DNA of 64,000 nt. Source: Paraspadella gotoi. Its lineage: Eukaryota > Animalia > Chaetognatha. Both the position numbers and the translations under genes were made by a program. A model generated the notes under the pieces. That model had not been told where the DNA came from. It searched no databases and was given only the letters and a program-made list of their open reading frames with translations. The stretch is taken from NCBI GenBank assembly GCA_051294375.1, contig CM119266.1:5075770-5139769 (forward strand), read 5' to 3'. Within the stretch, counting starts at the first letter, position 1. Each line of letters opens with the position of its first letter. Positions 60,692 to 64,000 of the stretch are shown piece after piece.

Positions 60692-60970
60692 AACTGCGAC
60701 GCGCTCAGTCAGCCAAACAATAGGCCAAACAAAAAAGATAAGAACAGTAACTGAATCAGTCCACTGAAACGAAAGTGCAGCTGGTGGTTTCACAGAGTGA
60801 TAATCAACAGCTAAAAAAATCATTACAAACTGCGATCAGGCCTCAGTCAGCTAAACAATCGCTAAACAAAAAAAGATAAGAACAACAGTAACTGGAATCA
60901 GTTCCAATGAAATCAAACGCGCTGGCGGTTTACAGAAGTGATAATCAACAGCTAGAAAATCGTTACGAAC
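60692..60970. repeat. ~135-bp diverged tandem duplication
   Basis: aaactgcga..ctcagtcagc.aaacaat...aaacaaaaaagataagaac..gtgataatcaacagcta present twice. Confidence 0.75.
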
Positions 60971-61113
60971 AGGCGTTCTTTCCTGTGAATCTGATAAGGT
61001 GATAAGTTTTTTCGATTTCGAGGCCGCGAATCTTTATCAAGATGCGCAGAAGGTGTAATAGTATATCTCTAACAATGTATAACAAATATAACGCATAACG
61101 TTAATGGTAAAGG

Positions 61114-61181
<68 letters not shown>

Positions 61182-61414
61182 TGCCGGCTTCCTTCGCGAC
61201 CAACATCGTGACCAACTAGGGTAACCCCGTGGTGACGAAACCTTTCGTCGCCATAGTATAATAGTTAAAATAGTAAAAAAAAATATTTATTTTTAGAATA
61301 ATTAAGTGCGCTATCTAGCACATTTTTTTCTTGCAGAGTTGTTAACCAGAGGTATGACGAGATAAAAGTAATTCTTGTTCGGTAAATTGTCATTTTTTTT
61401 GTCATTCATTGCAG

Positions 61415-63120
61415 ACAAATCATCATCCGAGTGAAACTGGCCTCTTGTGGTTTCATAGACAATGTCATTTTGGCCAGAAAGTTCTACACTCTTTACAAGC
61501 TTTGCGAAGAACAACTCACCAAGCAGGGTAAGCAATAGATGATAAAAGTATACTAGGTCTCGTTGATTTTCATAATTCCAATTTGTTTCTTTGAATAGTA
61601 AAATCTATGGCTAGTGACTCGAAGATTAATCATTAATTTATTAATTATTAAAGATTAATTATTATCTATGGCTAGTGACTCGAAGATTAATATTAGTTTC
61701 AAGTTAATTTGCTTTTAATTTTGAGCTTAATTTTTAGTTTCCAGTGAGTGAAGGACGTTCGTTCTTGATCACCCATGTTTAACAATATTATTTATTATTT
61801 GTATAATCATCAACATAATCTTCTTATATCTCCAATCCAGTTCACTACGATTTCGGTCTTCGCAATATTCTTTCTGTCCTCCGAACTCTCGGGGCGCCAA
61901 ACGCGCCAATCCTGAAGACACTGAACCCACGATCGTCATGCGCATTCTCAGGTATGGGGGGGGTTGCTTGCTGTTTTGATTGCTGTTTTGATTGGTGTTT
62001 TATATTGTCTTTAATATTGTTCGGTATGCATGATTACTGTTGTCGTCGTTTTTTTGTTTTTTGGTTGTTTTTTTAAATGCTAGGAAAAATATTTGTTCAA
62101 AAAGTTATTTTTTCAGCTTAAGAAATATTTTTTATTATTGTTGTGAAATAAATCCCAGAAATTTATCTCTCTATATTTTTCTTCTTTAGAGTCATGAATC
62201 TCTCCTTGTTTTCCTTCTTTCAAAGTCATGAATATCTCTTCCTGTTTTTCCTTTATTCAGAGATATGAATCTCTCCTACTTTCCCTTATTCAGAGACATG
62301 AATCTTTCCTACCTCCCCATATTCAGAGACATGAATCTCTCCCTACATCCCGTTATTCAGAGACATGAATCTCTCCCTACTTTCCTTATTCAGAGATATG
62401 AATCTCTCCCTACTTCCCCTTATTCAGAGACATGAATCTCTCCCCTCCCTACTTTCCCTTTTTCAGAAACATGAATCTCCCTACTTCCTCTTTTCGGAGA
62501 CATGAATCTCTCCCTACTTCCCATTATTCAGAGACATGAATCTTTCCTACCTCCCCATATTCAGAGATATGAATCTCTCCCTACATCCCGTTATTCAGAG
62601 ACATGAATCTCTCCCTACTTTCCCTTATTCAGAGATATGAATCTCTCCCTACTTCCTATTTTTCGGAGACATGAATCTCTCCCTACTTTCCCTTATTCAG
62701 AGATATGAATCTCTCCCTACTTCTTCTTTTTTGGAAACATGAATCTTTTCCCTACTTCCCCTTATTCAGAGACATGAATCTCTCCCTACTTTCCCTTTTC
62801 AGAGACATGAATCTTTCCTACCTCCCCATATTCAGAGACATGAATCTCTCCCTACATCCCGTATTCCAAGACATGAATATCCTCCTACTTCCCCTTATTC
62901 AGAGACATGAATCTCACCCTACTTCCCCTTATTCAGAGACATGAATCTCTCCAAGCTGGTCGACGAGGACGAGCCCCTCTTCCTCTCTCTAATCAACGAC
63001 CTCTTCCCGGGGATTTTCCTCGACGTGAAGGAGTATCCCCAACTCGCTGGTCGCATTGAACATCACTGCAACGAGATGGGGCTCGTCAATCATCCTTCCT
63101 GGATCCTCAAAGTCATCCAG
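61415..63120 (+). CDS. DNAH5: Three dynein heavy chain exons (end of AAA1 region) in inverted orientation relative to the rest of the gene
   Basis: Exon 61415-61527 ([37 protein letters not shown]), exon 61841-61951 ([37 protein letters not shown], 1-nt deletion near 61895) and exon 62937-63120 ([24 protein letters not shown]...[10 protein letters not shown]). All have AG/GT boundaries and compatible phases. In DNAH5 this stretch directly precedes the LF/YETQ-VRHG peptide. Confidence 0.93.
62185..62952 (+). repeat. ~33-34 bp tandem array (~23 copies) whose unit is the dynein 3' splice site plus the first exon bases
   Basis: Unit is approximately cctactttcccttattcAG|AGACATGAATCTCTC. The last copy is the true acceptor of exon 62937-63120. 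Confidence 0.9.
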
Positions 63121-64000
63121 GTTTGTGAATGAAGGGATTTTGGGACAGACGATTAGACGGACAGATAGACAGACGGGCTAATAGTCGAGGAGAGACAGAT
63201 GGAACAAGGAATTTATTTAATCACTCCAATGACTCCAAGTTTTTTTGTAGGACCATTTATTAAAATTTCGGGTAGAGAGATAAATAAACAGACACACAAT
63301 TATTTTATTAATTAATTAAAGTGAGTGAAAATATCTTTTAAAGCCAATTTTAAACGTCCCAGAAAGATGGTCGGACAAACTATGCAACAGAGAAATATAC
63401 TGACAATCAGAACCAAAATGATCTTCAAAAGTTTATTTGTAGTAATATAAGACAGACAGACCAAAAAGAGTGATATAGAATGACAGCACCAAACAAAAAG
63501 TGATGTACTAACACATACGTATAACATTTTTTTAAGTGTAGCATTAATTATTCAAAAAATACTTTCCTACTAAGGGGTGAACTTAGGCAAAGATTTTTTC
63601 TTAAATAGGTAATAGACAATTTTTTGGTTTACCTAGTAGTTAACTGAATAAAAAGTAGAGGAAAGGATCTTTAAAACTAAGATATAACTGATAAACTTAT
63701 GATCTAATTTGCTAAGATTTAAAAGGGAAGGGTTATCATTAATAATTTGAAGCCAAATGATATTAAATATTGTATTAAATATTAAATATTGTATTAAATA
63801 TTAAATATTGTAGTCTAATTGTATTCTATTGTAGTCTAACCTAGTGTTGTATAGATGATCCCTCGATTTCCAGAAGACAACACTGACCTCCTCCTCCCAA
63901 AATGAGTTATTAGATATAATAAGCAAATAATATTTAAAAAAGTAATATATAATTAAATAATATAGTTTAAATAGTAAAACATTACCTTCACCTGTCCTCA

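Noticed and set aside
62185-62952. CRISPR-like appearance of the regular 33-34 bp array
   Set aside because: No unique spacers or cas genes, eukaryotic context, and the unit is the splice junction itself.
61415-63120. Second, independent dynein paralogue on the plus strand
   Set aside because: It shares no overlapping region with the minus-strand gene, abuts it exactly in sequence and phase, and no further plus-strand dynein exons are seen at 55000-61400 or 63121-64000. It cannot be fully excluded without flanking sequence.

Overview
AT-rich, intron-rich eukaryotic (invertebrate metazoan-like) genomic DNA with abundant (GA)n/(CT)n microsatellites. It is dominated by an outer-arm axonemal dynein heavy chain gene (DNAH5/DNAH8-type). 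52 minus-strand exons (54636 to 7820) encode AAA2 through the C-terminus. The three exons that should come immediately upstream (end of AAA1, ...KVIQ) lie on the PLUS strand at 61415-63120, pointing away from the rest of the gene, yet join LYETQ... exactly in sequence and phase. This is a real intragenic inversion/trans-splicing case or a misassembly. Between the two blocks lie a decayed Maverick/Polinton-type packaging ATPase with an apparent intron in its Walker A, and a spliced mucin-like membrane-protein gene. A 17-kb dynein intron hosts two antisense nested genes: a 199-aa putatively myristoylated Tyr/Pro-rich adaptor and an Ig-like single-pass receptor, which share a KRE-x-VY-x-EAE motif. 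Other signals: a tandem array built from a splice acceptor, C-run 3' splice tracts, a GC donor, a candidate micro-exon, and a Penelope-type hammerhead in a perfect hairpin. Several 1-2 nt deletions in conserved exons suggest imperfect consensus accuracy.
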